64,000 bases of DNA from Ascidiella aspersa (GCA_963924565.1 OZ004615.1:6200001-6264000); one strand, 5' to 3'; positions 11,801 to 24,300 are shown, numbered from the stretch's first letter. Numbers and translations are program-made. Notes: generated by a model not told the origin, from the letters alone.

Positions 11801-14800
11801 CATCTACAATGCATCTTTGGTTTAAAACTTTCAAATAAAATTAATTCTTTCGAAATAGTTTTCTTCTCGAATTCAGATGCTTCTAAAAATACTTTTAACA
11901 ATGTTTAAATCATTCAACCATGATTAGACCAGTAACTTACGCCAAGCAGTCTTCCGGATTTAAAATCTTTGTGACGCTTGTCTTTGGTAGCTCTCAGTGC
12001 CTTGATTTTTTCCGCCTTCTTTCGTTTCTTCCAGGCCAAGAATGTCTCTAACGTGACCTTAGAAATAAAAGCAGTCCTTTGAAAATTTTTCTAATAAAAA
12101 GTGATTTATTTATCTAATTAAAGACATTGCACAGCTTGTTCTCACTTAAAAAAACTTAATTTAAGCTTAGAGCTTTATTTTCTAAACCAGAATAAATAAA
12201 ATACTGCAAACTACCCTACCCATTTTGGCAAGCATCAGTTAAGAAAGCCATGGTGAAATTAAACACATTGTTTTGGTAAAATAATTAAGAAAAAAAGGTT
12301 CCACGAACTTTTATTCTGACATTTACTCAAAATTGACAGTTTTGCACGATAACAACCAAAAACGATGATTTTTTCATAGTTTATTTGGTCAGGTTTTCGT
12401 ATGACTGTGGTACTGTTTTTAAGTTTTATTTATTTTAGGCCATGTAATGATATGATCTTACCCTTGTAACTTTGGAACCCAAAGCGGCACGCTCTCTTTC
12501 AACAAGGTCTTCGATGGAGATTTTCTCTTTCTGTTCATCCATAGCCTTCTGTTCACTTTTCAGCACAAATCCAGGTGGCAAAGCATGTCTTGTAAGGCAA
12601 AACAACAATTCACTTAAGATGTAGAAATATTTTTTATTATTCACTATAGATAAACTTGGCCATAAGACCCAAATAAGAACATAAACGTCGAAATAAGACT
12701 TAAATGGCCAGAACCAAGCCTAAGACACATATTTTAATCTAACCTCAAACACCACCCCTAACTTCATTGCTAACTCCCTTAAAAAAGCGTAACCCAGTTC
12801 ATTAACCACTACCAGAGGCAAACGTTCTGGTGCCAAACCAGCACCAAACGGGCGATGCCAAACCGATGTCCCCTGATAGTACCATTCCCTCCCCTATAGT
12901 TTCAGGCGTTATTTTGACCATTTAAGCCTTTCAAATTTAGGGCGTATTTCGACAGGTTGAGGTCTAGTTCGGACGATTTAGATCTTATTTTGTCGTGTAA
13001 ATTACTGTGCATTTGGCTTTGTTATTTCAATGGTCTTATTACTACGGTACTATATTTCTTTTCTGCTTTCGATATTGTTGCTTTGTAGGTCCTATTGTGT
13101 GTTCCTAAAAACTTGAGGCTAAATGATCAAATTTATTTGCAAGAAATCATAGTTTGGTGGAAAAGTTTTCTTACTTGTAAATACAAGAGGTTCCATTAGG
13201 GCAACTCCAAAACCAGCCGTACTTCTTGTTTTCAATTGCTTGAATGAAAAATTTACAGACCTAAAAAAATAAAATGAGGGCTGTAAAATTTAGATAACAA
13301 ATATTTGATCTGTTTTAGGTAAAAAAAACAACATTTGGTTTAATGATTGGGTAAATTTAACAATAGCAAAATATGTTTGTGCATTGAGAGTATGTGGCAT
13401 GTACATTATAAAGAATTGTGGTAAGAAAAAGTAGAAATAATACAGCAGAAAAACAACCAGGATTTTGTCTAGTTTTTTTTTTTTTTTTGATTAACAAAAG
13501 TATAACAACTGCATTGATTTTGTATAACCCTTAGAATCTTACTGTATACCCAATACCCAACTGTATGTTATTTAAAAAAAATTACATCGTTAAATTGAAT
13601 AACAGAGTTTTGGCTGATTATAGGAAGGACTGAGTTCTGCTATGTACAGTGTGTGGTGTACCGTAGCCCTTCTAATCACGTTAAATAAAGTACAGAACTA
13701 ACAATTTCGGTGTGTTGTTTCTTTTTATTTCCTTCTCCGTGTTTCTTTTCCACTACATCTTTCAGCTTGTCCTCATCCCACTTGTCCATAGTGTCTATTG
13801 AAATGGAAAATAAAGTTTTTGTGTGTATGTTATGCAGAAGTATGTAGACAAATTCAGTAAACACTGGGAAAATGCAAAGTTTGGCGATCAAAATATGACA
13901 TTGTAAGTTACTGAGGTCAATACAACACTAACGTACCATGGTAAAAATACTCTGTAAGAACATTCACCACATAGACAAACAACCATAATGAAGTTATGTT
14001 TTATGGAAAAGGCAAAATTCTTCTGCAAATAGCCCTCACCATTTTCCAAGCCTTCTTCCTTTCCATCAGAGTACAAACTTCTCTTTTCGCCCTTGCGCTC
14101 GACGGCGAGGTCGTGCGAAAACTTACATTTGTCACCTTTCCCACACTGACCTTGCTTGAAGAAGGCACAGAGCACCGATTTGGGGTCAGCCCCTATAAAA
14201 AAGAATTCAATCAGACAATAAAAATGGCTACCTAACACAATGCTTTGGGTAATTGTGAGAAACTGAGCATTAGTGTGAAAGTTTGCATACAAAAAGAATG
14301 GGCACAGAACATAATTGTTAACAGTAATTAAAAATATTATTTTATTGCATGTAATTTAAAATTTAGATTTTAATAATTATTCAATATCAATTAAAACAGC
14401 TGTTAATTGTCTGCATTGTTTTTACTTCAACGTTTTGAGAACCTATCCAAATCAACTTTATCTCGGTAACAGCTACTGTATTGGAATGGTAGTGACACAA
14501 TAAACTCTCGGGGGGAAAATAAGAGAAAAAATGCACCCCCGAAAAACTAAACATGAGTAACCCTAAAAAGGCAAGCTGGATAGACTGTTAAAACATTGGA
14601 AAATAAAAACCCATTAACGAAAAAAGCTGTTTTAATTAACATAATGCCTGGTGGCAACTGATAAATAAAATTGCCTATATAATACAACAAACACGTATAA
14701 AAAAGAACCTTTGCCAATTTTTTTTTGCACAATAGTCGGTTTAAACAAGTCGTCCAACTCGGCCTGCTTCTTTTTCTCCAATTCCCGCTTTTTCTTTTCA

Positions 14801-17800
14801 TCAGCACGTTGTTGCTCGAGCTTTAAAAAAGTTATAATAATGAAGAAGGTGCTAATGCAGGGATGTCCAACTCAAACATGCCGACGTGCCAATTTTTATC
14901 TTATAACTTGTTCCTGTGCCAAAGTTTAGTAACTACTTTCAAATATTACAAGCACTTTTTAATGAGTAATAAAAATGCTTATTTGCATGTGAAAAACATT
15001 TCTTTATTTAATCAAGCAAACCATTCATATTTGACAAAAAGCTTGTATAGGCTGATTATGCGAATGCTAGCCTCCACTACAGTATAATGTTATAATATCC
15101 GAAGTAATTGTTAGTTGTCGTAATTGTAGCAATATTGCTTAATATTGCTTAATATTGTGAATAAACAATGGCAATTGGCTGTATAACAAATTTAGATTTT
15201 TTTGACAATTGGCTGAATAACAAATTAAGTACTTTGGCTAGGGCTTGCGTGCCATTTTTTATTAGGTCGCATGCCACATTTGGCACATGTGCCGCAAGTT
15301 CGAAACCCCTGTGCTACTCATCCAGGTAATCTTTTAAAAATCCTAACTAAAAAGGGCATGAATGTTTTTTTTCTACCATTGTTAAGTTCAAACAGTTGGC
15401 CTTTGTTTAAACACAAATTGTTCACTGCTGAAAACATAAAACAAATTATTTACCTTTCTTGTACTAGGGTCGCCACCAAATTTCACTTGCTGGTTTACAT
15501 GCTGCACAAATTTCTGCTGTTTATTTCCTTTCTTGTTCTTCAAGCCAAAAGTTTTGTCCTGTGGATAAGATTATTAACAATACACCATCAATTTTTAATC
15601 AATTTCTGTGATTTAACTTTTAAATGTGTATTAAAAACCATGTGGTTTTGCTGTGGTATTAAACCAAAACGCTTTGGAAGGTTCAACTCAGAAAGAGCTA
15701 GATTTGTTTTGAGAAGGGTTAGTCCTTCCAATATATCCCTTAAAAAGTATATATTATCATACCAAAAGTGCTGTGTGCAATGAACGTTATATGACCACTT
15801 AAATGAAAAGTCTGAAAAGTTTATCAACAAACACCTAATGATTATTATCAACCCAGCATTGAAAGTAGGGATGTCCGATGAATAAAATACCAAATAAGAA
15901 TAATATCGGATCAGAGTTGCTACCTCATGTCAGGTGGTGCGATCTGTAATTATCCAATACTAGAGCATTACTTGTGCTGATGTAATACCAAATTAATATG
16001 GGAATTTCAGCCATGACATGTGTTTCAACCCAATGATTTCCATGTTTAAGGTTAAACAATCAAAAAATAGGAATAACAACACGATGTATTTGAAATTTTT
16101 AATTTCATAGTAATGACATTATTTTTTATTTGGTTGCAATATTATTTATTAGGGTTGGCAAGCCTGTCAATTGACCATACTTTTTTTAACCGGTCAAATA
16201 CTCATTTTGGATTCAAATGTTGTAAATTTGAGTTTTTAATAATCTTGATTGTAACTTTATTTAAAGAATTCAAATATGATATGGTAGGGTTTACCTGATG
16301 CAAACACATGATCTATGGTAATTAATAACAAAGTATTTGTAATAGCAAAGTAGATTTATTTTTGTTTAAAATAAATGCCTGATTGCATGTATATGATGAA
16401 TCGCGTTTGACTAAAAGGAAACACTAGCTGGTGTATACCACAATCTGAGGCTACTTAAAAATTTAGAAGAACCATATGCCTTATGTCCAGTGGACCCTGG
16501 TGATGATTTAGATCAGTGAGGTCCAACTACAGGCCTATGGCCAAAGTTGGCCCGCAAGTTACGCTGTTTTGGCCCGCGAACTGATAGTCAGCTTTTTATA
16601 TCACTTCAATTTTTGTTTTTTTGTTATTGTAATTGACAAAAGAAACAATGATCCTTTGTGGTTTGTAGCACCACTAAGCAAAAGTATATAAAATCACATG
16701 TAATGGAACATTTATCGTATTGCGTTAACTTAAAATGTGTTGCCGACCGTAGCTGAAAAAGCTGTAAATTCCATAAAGTTAGTATATACACCATAAATGT
16801 ATAAAGCAATAAGCCTAAGAATGTGGTGAGGAGTGAAAATATTTTTTTACTGATGCATTTATCTGTTGTTAAATTTCGGTAATAAACTTGTTGGCTTAAC
16901 TTACTACTGGTGGTTGTAGTAATTGTAAAATATACTACAATACTGCTATAGTATTGCTTGGAAGATGGGCATGGTTTTGCAAAAATTCTTATTGATAGTC
17001 AAAAAATAATTGTTTCTGTTTTATAAACCATTATACCTAAGCCAAAATGTTCATATATTTATTTAAAATTAAAATCAAGGTTTATGTTTAACTTCAATTG
17101 CATTAAAAATAGAGTTAGCTCCACCAGGCAACATATCAATAGATAGAAATCGCTCTTCTGGTGTAAACGAGGTATAAACCGGCGACATCTAGAATTATTA
17201 ATCTACGTTTTTTCAATTTTTTACTTCTCAGTATATAAGATGGCTAACGCACTCTCGTTTTAATTATTAACCCTGATGAGGTCAGTTGGTATCTGATGAC
17301 GAAACATCGGTTTATATTTTGTTTACACCAGAAGAGCGATTTCTATCTATTCAATTGCATTATGATAGTGTTTATAGTAATTGACCAATATTTGAGCTAT
17401 TTGACGAGTACTTGAACGGTCAATATTTTTATGGGCCGGATTTAATTTGACTGGTCAAATGCCCAACCCTATTATTTATACAAAGGTATTGGTATTGAAA
17501 CAAAATAAAGTATCAGACAATCCAAATTGGGAGTATATCAAACACATTCAAACTATTAATATTTTTTTCATCCTAATCAGATACAAAGAAATTTATTTCT
17601 TATTTTAGGTATACAATAAGACTGTTGTATCAAGTAGTAAGTACACAAGATTGAGATTTCTGTAGGTTGTTTTGGGTAGCAAGTTTTGACAAAGTTTCAT
17701 AAGATTGTCTCCAAATCTTTCCGAATTCACATAATTCCTATAAATCCTTTCTGTCTTTTTGCCAGTCCCTTTATTTATTGTTGGTTGTGCAACAGTGCCT

Positions 17801-18162
17801 TGGTTCATATTCAAATAATTAAAAAGAAATTTGGTAAAAAACTAACTTAGTAATGCCAAATCAAAAAGAAGTTCGTGGATTATGGATACAAGACAGCTGT
17901 TAAACAATAACTATTTACATTTATTTAGATATACAATTAGAAAATAATAGTTAACTATTAACGTTAACTTCATCCACGTAAAGCAACGAAATGTAGTTTA
18001 ACACTACAAATGTTACAGCAGAAGTAAAAACAGTTCAGAGGAAGGCAGCATGGCGTTAGATTTAAACCACAACATTACTCCAAACTCTTAACTTACCTCG
18101 ATTATTTTGTCCTTTCGTTTTTGTTCGGTCTTATTGCTCGCCTTCTGTTTTTTCGGTGGCAT
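8856..18162 (-). CDS. ZC3H15: Zinc finger CCCH domain-containing protein 15 (DFRP1/LEREPO4, DRG1 partner), 414 aa. Exons 18162-18097, 15558-15454, 14820-14709, 14192-14040, 13794-13703, 13260-13175, 12588-12462, 12057-11941, 10955-10882, 9602-9469, 9034-8856.
   Basis: Spliced translation reads MPPKKQ...[15 protein letters not shown]...[28 protein letters not shown]...[21 protein letters not shown]...[10 protein letters not shown]...[12 protein letters not shown]...SGREVFEF...[17 protein letters not shown], matching ZC3H15 throughout. All introns are GT-AG and phases close (1245 nt). Confidence 0.96.
9095..9180 (-). ncRNA. Candidate degenerate C/D snoRNA, snR38/SNORD1-like, in ZC3H15 last intron
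   Basis: Perfect box C ATGATGA (9174-9168) is followed by GTTATCCTTGT, complementary (one G-U) to conserved LSU rRNA ACAGGGAUAAC. D' and D boxes are degenerate. Confidence 0.35.
9812..9885 (-). pseudogene. tRNA-like sequence (degenerate cloverleaf) within a repeat element, copy 1
   Basis: A box TAGCTCAGTTGG, D stem GCTC/GAGC, stem CGGTC/GACTG, B box GAGTTCGAAC, downstream T5 run. Acceptor and T stems have mismatches. Confidence 0.7.
9985..10385. mobile_element. MITE family with TAGGGATGTCCGAT termini and CCGATAC-rich subterminal repeats
   Basis: TAGGGATGTGCGAT...ATCGGACATCCCTA. Related pieces near 11550, 15866, 28544-28898, 29327, 35583 and 57630. Confidence 0.75.
11066..11383. mobile_element. 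Non-autonomous hAT (Buster-type) MITE
   Basis: TIRs CAGTGATTCTCA / TGAGAACCACTG; perfect 8-bp TSD CACTAAGG; homologous 3' part at about 43300-43430. Confidence 0.9.
14858..15311. mobile_element. Non-autonomous hAT MITE in ZC3H15 intron 2
   Basis: CAGGGATGTCCAAC / GTTCGAAACCCCTG; flanks TGCTAATG / TGCTACTC (6/8). Confidence 0.7.
17106..17349 (+). mobile_element. Non-autonomous Penelope-like/retrozyme-type insertion with inverted repeat
   Basis: 13-bp direct repeat TTCAATTGCATTA at 17093-17105 and 17350-17362. Inverted arms of about 45 bp at 17138-17184 and 17305-17351. Internal hammerhead motif. Confidence 0.7.
17265..17316 (+). ncRNA. Minimal type I hammerhead ribozyme fold, possibly degenerate
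   Basis: AACC-CTGATGA-G-GTCAG...TGAC-GAAAC-ATC-GGTT: conserved core boxes, stem I AACC/GGTT, stem II GTCA/TGAC, predicted cleavage after C17308. Confidence 0.65.
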
Positions 18163-18372
18163 CTTGGACGTATCTTTGAGAAGTTAAGTTAAACTCGAAA
18201 TCACTGCGAATCAATCTTGCCGTAAATTTCCACGCGATTGAACAGCTGGCGCGACATCAAGTCGCGAAACATTTCTGTCGCATGTCGCTAATAAAATTGA
18301 GGGGAAACCCCATTCTACAAATTATCGAACTCTTTTTGGTTCTATTTCTTCCGATTTTGGTAGCATTAAGAA
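18163..18372. promoter_or_regulatory. Bidirectional promoter and 5' UTRs of ZC3H15 and SPRYD3
   Basis: Only 210 bp between divergent ATGs; locally CpG-rich; TCGCGA at 18262-18267; GGGGAAACCCC at 18301-18311. Confidence 0.8.
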
Positions 18373-21300
18373 ATGAACATGGATGGTAACGACATAAAAA
18401 AGAACAAGCACGTACGTGTGAAAGTTAACGGCGATGTTATTAGGTAAGGGTTTTCTTTTTTGCTGAGTGTTGTTAAGTAAGGTTCAAAACCAAGAAATTT
18501 TTTTATTTTGTATTGCTATTTTCCAAATAATATTTTCAAGGCTTAAATGCTAAAAAAAAGATTCATTGGCATACAATATCCCCTAAAATTAACAGCCTTA
18601 TTATAAAAATAATTTTTTTTGTTTGTTTTTGTTGTACTATTATATAAAAAAAAGTGATTTTTACATCCACATAAACATAGATTCTTTTTAGGTATAATCC
18701 TGGCCAAACTAGTGGGGCTGTCGGATGTTTCGTTATGGGTCAGACCCTCAAAGAAAACGGATATTTTGAAATCAAGATTCTGAATGCAGGGGAAGAAGGT
18801 ATAATGTGTTTGTTAATATTACTTCACACAGAACCGGTAATAAGATTGCCTACACTGTAAATTATATGCCATTGTTTATTGTACATTCCATTATACAAGT
18901 GTTGTTTTGTTACAGGGTTTATCTCAATTGGCGTGGTACCTTATGATCATGATATGGATTCAGAGCCAGGTTGGAGAGTTGGATCTGCGGCTTATCATGC
19001 TGAAAACGGAATGTATGTTCTTAGATGGGATTTAAATGTCTGTTAATAATTATTATAAACATTTTCAAAACACCTTTCATTGCTCTAAAATGGTCTGAAA
19101 CAGTGTCCAGTTTATTAATTTTTTTTCAAACTATTGATAAACATTTCAACAATTCTTTTCTGGAAAACCTAGTTTAGAAAAAATATGATTTGCCTAAATA
19201 AGTTGTGCACCATCTTAAAATAAAACTTGCTTACAGCTTAATATGAAACAAGATGATGTTAGATTTATTCCCTGACAATTACTTGCAATAGTATCTATAT
19301 TAATTTATTATTTTACAAACCCCACATATGACCATTCAGCTGCCCATGCACCACATAGAAAACCTTTCTGTAAAATGTTCTATTACGGTTAAGAACCTCT
19401 ATTAAAAAGCATATACATGGTATATTTTTAATCCATTTTGTTGGTAATAGTTTTTGGGATAAGTATTCCCTGTTTGTTTCAGCATCTATTCCAGCTCTGG
19501 TAGTTCTTGTCCAATTGGCCCACGGTCTCAGGCTGGGGACATAATAGGGTGCGGAGTAATGAAGATTGAAGAGATGCTGTTGACATCGCACATGGCCTCG
19601 CACAAGTCCGCTCAAGTCTACTTCACAAGAAATGGAGAAGATGTACTTTTTATCCTAATTTTTGTTTTGAACTTTATTTTTTTTAACTGTTGCTATCCCC
19701 TTTATTTTCGGCCTGTAAAATAATGTATAATGTTGGCAATTACCTGTTTTTGTAGCTATTTTTTTTTTAAATCTTGGTTATCATGGGTGCAACTTTTTTA
19801 AATATATATTGTTGTTTCGCTTTTAAATATTATGTTTTAACTTCCCATTTCTAATGCTTGCAATTTAACTCTTTTTAGTTGTTGCAAGCAATTAATAATA
19901 GTACCATTTGTAGCTTCAAAACTCCAGTTTTACTTGGTATTTTCATTAAATTTCAATTCACCAAAATTCAAACTTCTGAAAATTCCAGCTATAGCTTTGC
20001 TTTGTTTTTCTTCAGATTGGCCAATGCTTGTTGATGGTGCCTGGCCCTGTCACTGACCTTCATCCAGCCATTGGAATGCGCTCACCTGGCGAAGAAGTCG
20101 AAATAACGATTTACCCACAGAAATATGATGCCATACGCAACCTGGTGTCTGCTGTTGACGACTTGATGGTGGTCGACGGTGCTGAAGACGAATGGCTTAA
20201 AACTTACGACGTGAGAATCAATGGACAGGTAAACTAATTTGGTCCTGCTTTAGTTTATTTTTAGTTTCTCCAGTATATAACTCTGCCAAACAACTTCAAT
20301 ACAGTTGTTTCTGAAATGTTGTAGAAGAATATAGTCCACAACAGATTTGTTGCAATATTTACAGTCACATTATCTATAGATTTAGCAAAACAATTGTTTT
20401 CAGTGGCCTTATAGGCTACACCACCAATCTTCTACCCGTTTTGTTTGGTGTTAAGATGAGTTCCTTATTAGGTAGGTAAATTTAACAAAATATACATCAA
20501 AAAATTGGGACATACAAAATATACGTTAATCATTATGTTGCGCTCACCGTTGCCTTAATAACGTAGGTTACCTTTAACTGTAAACTAAAAAAATATTTCC
20601 AATGTTAAAAGCACTACAACACTGGTTTAGTAGTCATTTGAAAAACAATTTTTGTCCAAGTCAAGTATTTTGCCCTAAATAACAAGTCAAATCTTTGTTG
20701 GAGCAAGTTAAGTGATTAACAGAAAAATTGAAACGTTCAACTGTTTAAATTGGTAAACTTGTTCTATTATAAGCATCAACTAAAAATAACAAAACACAAC
20801 ATTTGGAAAGCAAACTGATTTATGGGCAAAACATTAAAGTCAAAAACACAATCTTTTTTAAATGCTCAATGAAACTAATTATTTTAACGCAAGTTATGGC
20901 TGTAATGCCTTGATTCCAAGTCAGGTAGTTTGTCCAAAACACTCAAGTCAAGCCAATTTTTTAAAAATACTTAAGTAAAGACAAGTGAAAACAGTGACTT
21001 AAGTGCACTTAAGTCCTGTATAACATAAACAATGCGAAACCTGTATAACACAAACAATGCAACTCTTGCGTATACAATATAATATCATTGTTTTTGACAA
21101 TATGATACCTTGTTTTTGAGCACTGCTTTTAATATGATATTATCGCACATTTCTGCTGGCACTTGTTCATGTCGCCTGGTGTTGACTGCAGATTGTGGAG
21201 TACACCGGTAACGGAATTCACATCCACGACGTCGGTCTCGCTCAAGGGAAAGTCCCCCTCACTACCACTTGCCATTATTTCGAGATGGAAATTCTGGAGC

Positions 21301-24300
21301 CGGGCGAGCATTGCTATATCGCGATCGGGCTTGTGCACAAGGTACGTTGTTGATTTCTAGCTTTTATAGACTGCCTGAAAAGCTTTTGTTAACATTTTCC
21401 GAATTCGAAAAGCTGTTTTTGTCTAATTCTAAATCTGGAAATCAGGTGTCACTGTTTTGTATGTCAACCCTGTAAGACGAATTTCAACATTATACAAAGC
21501 GGAGAAAATGGGCTCGTCTGATTTTAATAAATAATTTTTCACTCTGTTTTATTGCTCTGTGCCTTGCAGAACTACCCGCCCCACCGGCACCCAGGTTGGA
21601 ACATGGGTTCTATCGCTTACCACGCCGACGACGGCAAAATCTTTCTTGGTCGTGGACAAGGCTCGCCATTCGGACCAAAGTAAGCATTTGTAAACTTTCT
21701 GTTATGTGTAGATTACTGACCTTATCAGCTGCATCATGTACATGTGTGAAACTGTTAAGAGTTGATTAATCTTAGCATTTCAATAACCTAAATAACATAT
21801 GTGTCTAGAGCAGTGGTTCTTAACTCTTTGCCGCGTGAGTACGGTAAAAATGTTTAAATGTGCTCCGCAACCGGTGTGCCGCGGCATTCTTTGTCGCCGT
21901 AAGACCACCCCAACGTCACATTAACAGTGCCAAATCCCACTTGATTTACAGGTGTTACCGTGGCGACATCATGGGATGCGGGATCCTCTTTCCGTGTGAT
22001 TACGTCACGCCTAGCGACGGGGAGGAAGAGGAAGATGAAGATCTGGATGAAGAAGACGACGAGAAGCCGCTTCACATGCAAGGTGGGAATATAAGAAGAA
22101 GGGATCGCATCAAGGCGCGACACGCGACATTTAATCTTTAAGCGACACGCGACATTTTATCTTTAAGCGACTCGAGACATTTAATCTTCAAGCGACACGC
22201 GACATTTAAACTTCAAACGACACGCGACAATTTTAAAGCATCTCAAACACGAGATTTTTTGTTAGGTTAGGCAAGCGACCTTTGAACTAATTAGAAACGC
22301 TTTACGCGTTACGATCGAGCAACCAAACTGGATACTAACGTCTGTCTAATTCCTTAAATTGGTTTTACGTCTCGCATTCAATGTTGCTTCTTATCCGTTA
22401 ATAAACTACAGTATGTCGTAAATTCTGCAGACGGACAGGGAGCAGCCGGCGGGATGCAGGACGCCAACGACATCCTGATCGACCTCCTGGATGATCTGGA
22501 CGACATCGACACGGACGAGGAGGATGATCTCGTGTGGCCGATCTGGAGGAAGCTTGACGACTTCCGACCTGGAAGAGGCGACGAGGATTTGCTCGATGAC
22601 GTGCCGCTTCCCTACCCAGTCGGAGCAGGGCCTGGCAACGTTGAGGAGCGCAAGAGAAGGATGATCAACGTAAGTCGGTGTTTTTATAGGGGTGCTCGAA
22701 TCCATTTCGCTCTTATAGCCACCTTGCCTATTCTAGGAATTATGTTGACGCGCAGCAAATACGCCTTTTTGTTCCGTTAGAAAACAAAAGGCAAATAAAA
22801 AAGATTTATTAGAAGTGAAGGCATGACTAAATCCTAAATAGCTTCAATAGTTGCCCAGAAATGGAAGCATTACATCATACAGATATTTTTTGCTTCCTTA
22901 AAAAACGTCTTTTCCCTAGAGCAGTGCTCATCCTCGGATCCTTACCTATTCCCGATGCCCTATGCTGGTAGTGTCGGTAGTCGCCTTATACAACGGTGGT
23001 AACATCCGAATCGCTTTGTTTTGTTGGTCACGAATCCACGATCGATTGCGGGGCAATGCGGATAGTAGCGATGTCGCTTTATGCTTGTATTTGAATTTGC
23101 TTGTGCGCAGTGGTTCGAGGATCCCCTTCAGCCGCCCCCTGGGATGTCGCGCAAGATTTGCGGCATGATGTCGCGTCGCGGAAGACCCTCGATCGCCAAC
23201 ATCTACGGACGCAAGGGCAAGGGTCTTATGGTTAAGGTGGGCGCAGTGTTGTAGCGACCTAAACGCGCTTTATCACTTCTCCGTTTTCGAACGACTGACC
23301 TTACTTTACGATTTGGGACAGAATGAAGTTTTACTCAGCCTTAAATGAGTTGACTATTTTGTAGTGACCTAAACACACTTATTCACTTCACCGTTTTTAA
23401 ACGATTGACTTTGCTTTACGATTTGGGATAGAATGTACTTTTACTCGGCTTTAAATAACTATTTTAAAAGGTATAGTATTGTTGCGAACTAAACGCGCCT
23501 AATCACCGTTTTTCAATGATTGACTTCACTTTACCATTTAGGACAGAATGACTTGATTTACAACTTTTACTCGAAATCAAGTGAGTTAACTATTGTAATA
23601 ACTGGTGCTGTAGTTGCCTAAACACATTTACTTACTTCATCGTTTTTGAATAATTGACATCGCTTTCCAATTTGGAACAGAATAACTTTATTTAAATATT
23701 TTAATCGGAATCAAGAGTTGGGTATTTTAACAGTTTCGTTGATTTGGTTGCAAAATGACTTAATACAATAATGAGGGCGGGCGATCTCCACCAGTATAAG
23801 AACAAGCGCCCGTTTTAATTGCAAAGTAAAAGAAAATTTAAAATGTCGAAACCTTGTAAAACGAATGAGACTGACTTCTGATATTCTACCGCTGCTCTAT
23901 AAGTATATTTCAAAGGCCACTTAAAGAGTTTAAGACACAGTTTCCAAAACAACAAAGTAACCTATAGTACCAGACGACTACCGATACCACCACAGTCCAC
24001 CAGTATCAGATATCGATTTCAATTATGCGATATATATGCGGTCCAGGACGGTATTCGGGTTAAATAATTTTTGCAGGTATTTCGTGAAAACATTTTTTCA
24101 CCAGGTCATCCCGCCATGTTATGAATGTGTTTGGACTGATTGCATATTTGTCCACTAAATCGAACGATAACCTTCGCTTTTCTTTACTTACTTGTTTTAC
24201 ACGTCTCGTTATGACGCAACTTTGTGAAGTTTTGTCTAAAAAATTGTATGCGTTTTGGTACAAAAAAAATCTTCGTTCCTCTAAGATAGTTAAAAAAAGT

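Larger units (their letters stand above)
16150..17471. mobile_element. hAT (Ac-type target) non-autonomous element carrying nested insertions
   Basis: TIRs TAGGGTTGGCA / TGCCCAACCCTA; perfect 8-bp TSD TTATTTAT (16142-16149, 17472-17479). Confidence 0.85.

Noticed and set aside
16393-16448. ATGATGA...CTGA box C/D pair
   Set aside because: Antisense to the host gene, inside a transposon, short, and with no recognisable guide.
22116-23735. Tandem repeats as a CRISPR array
   Set aside because: Units are head to tail with no unique spacers, in a eukaryotic intron, with no cas genes.
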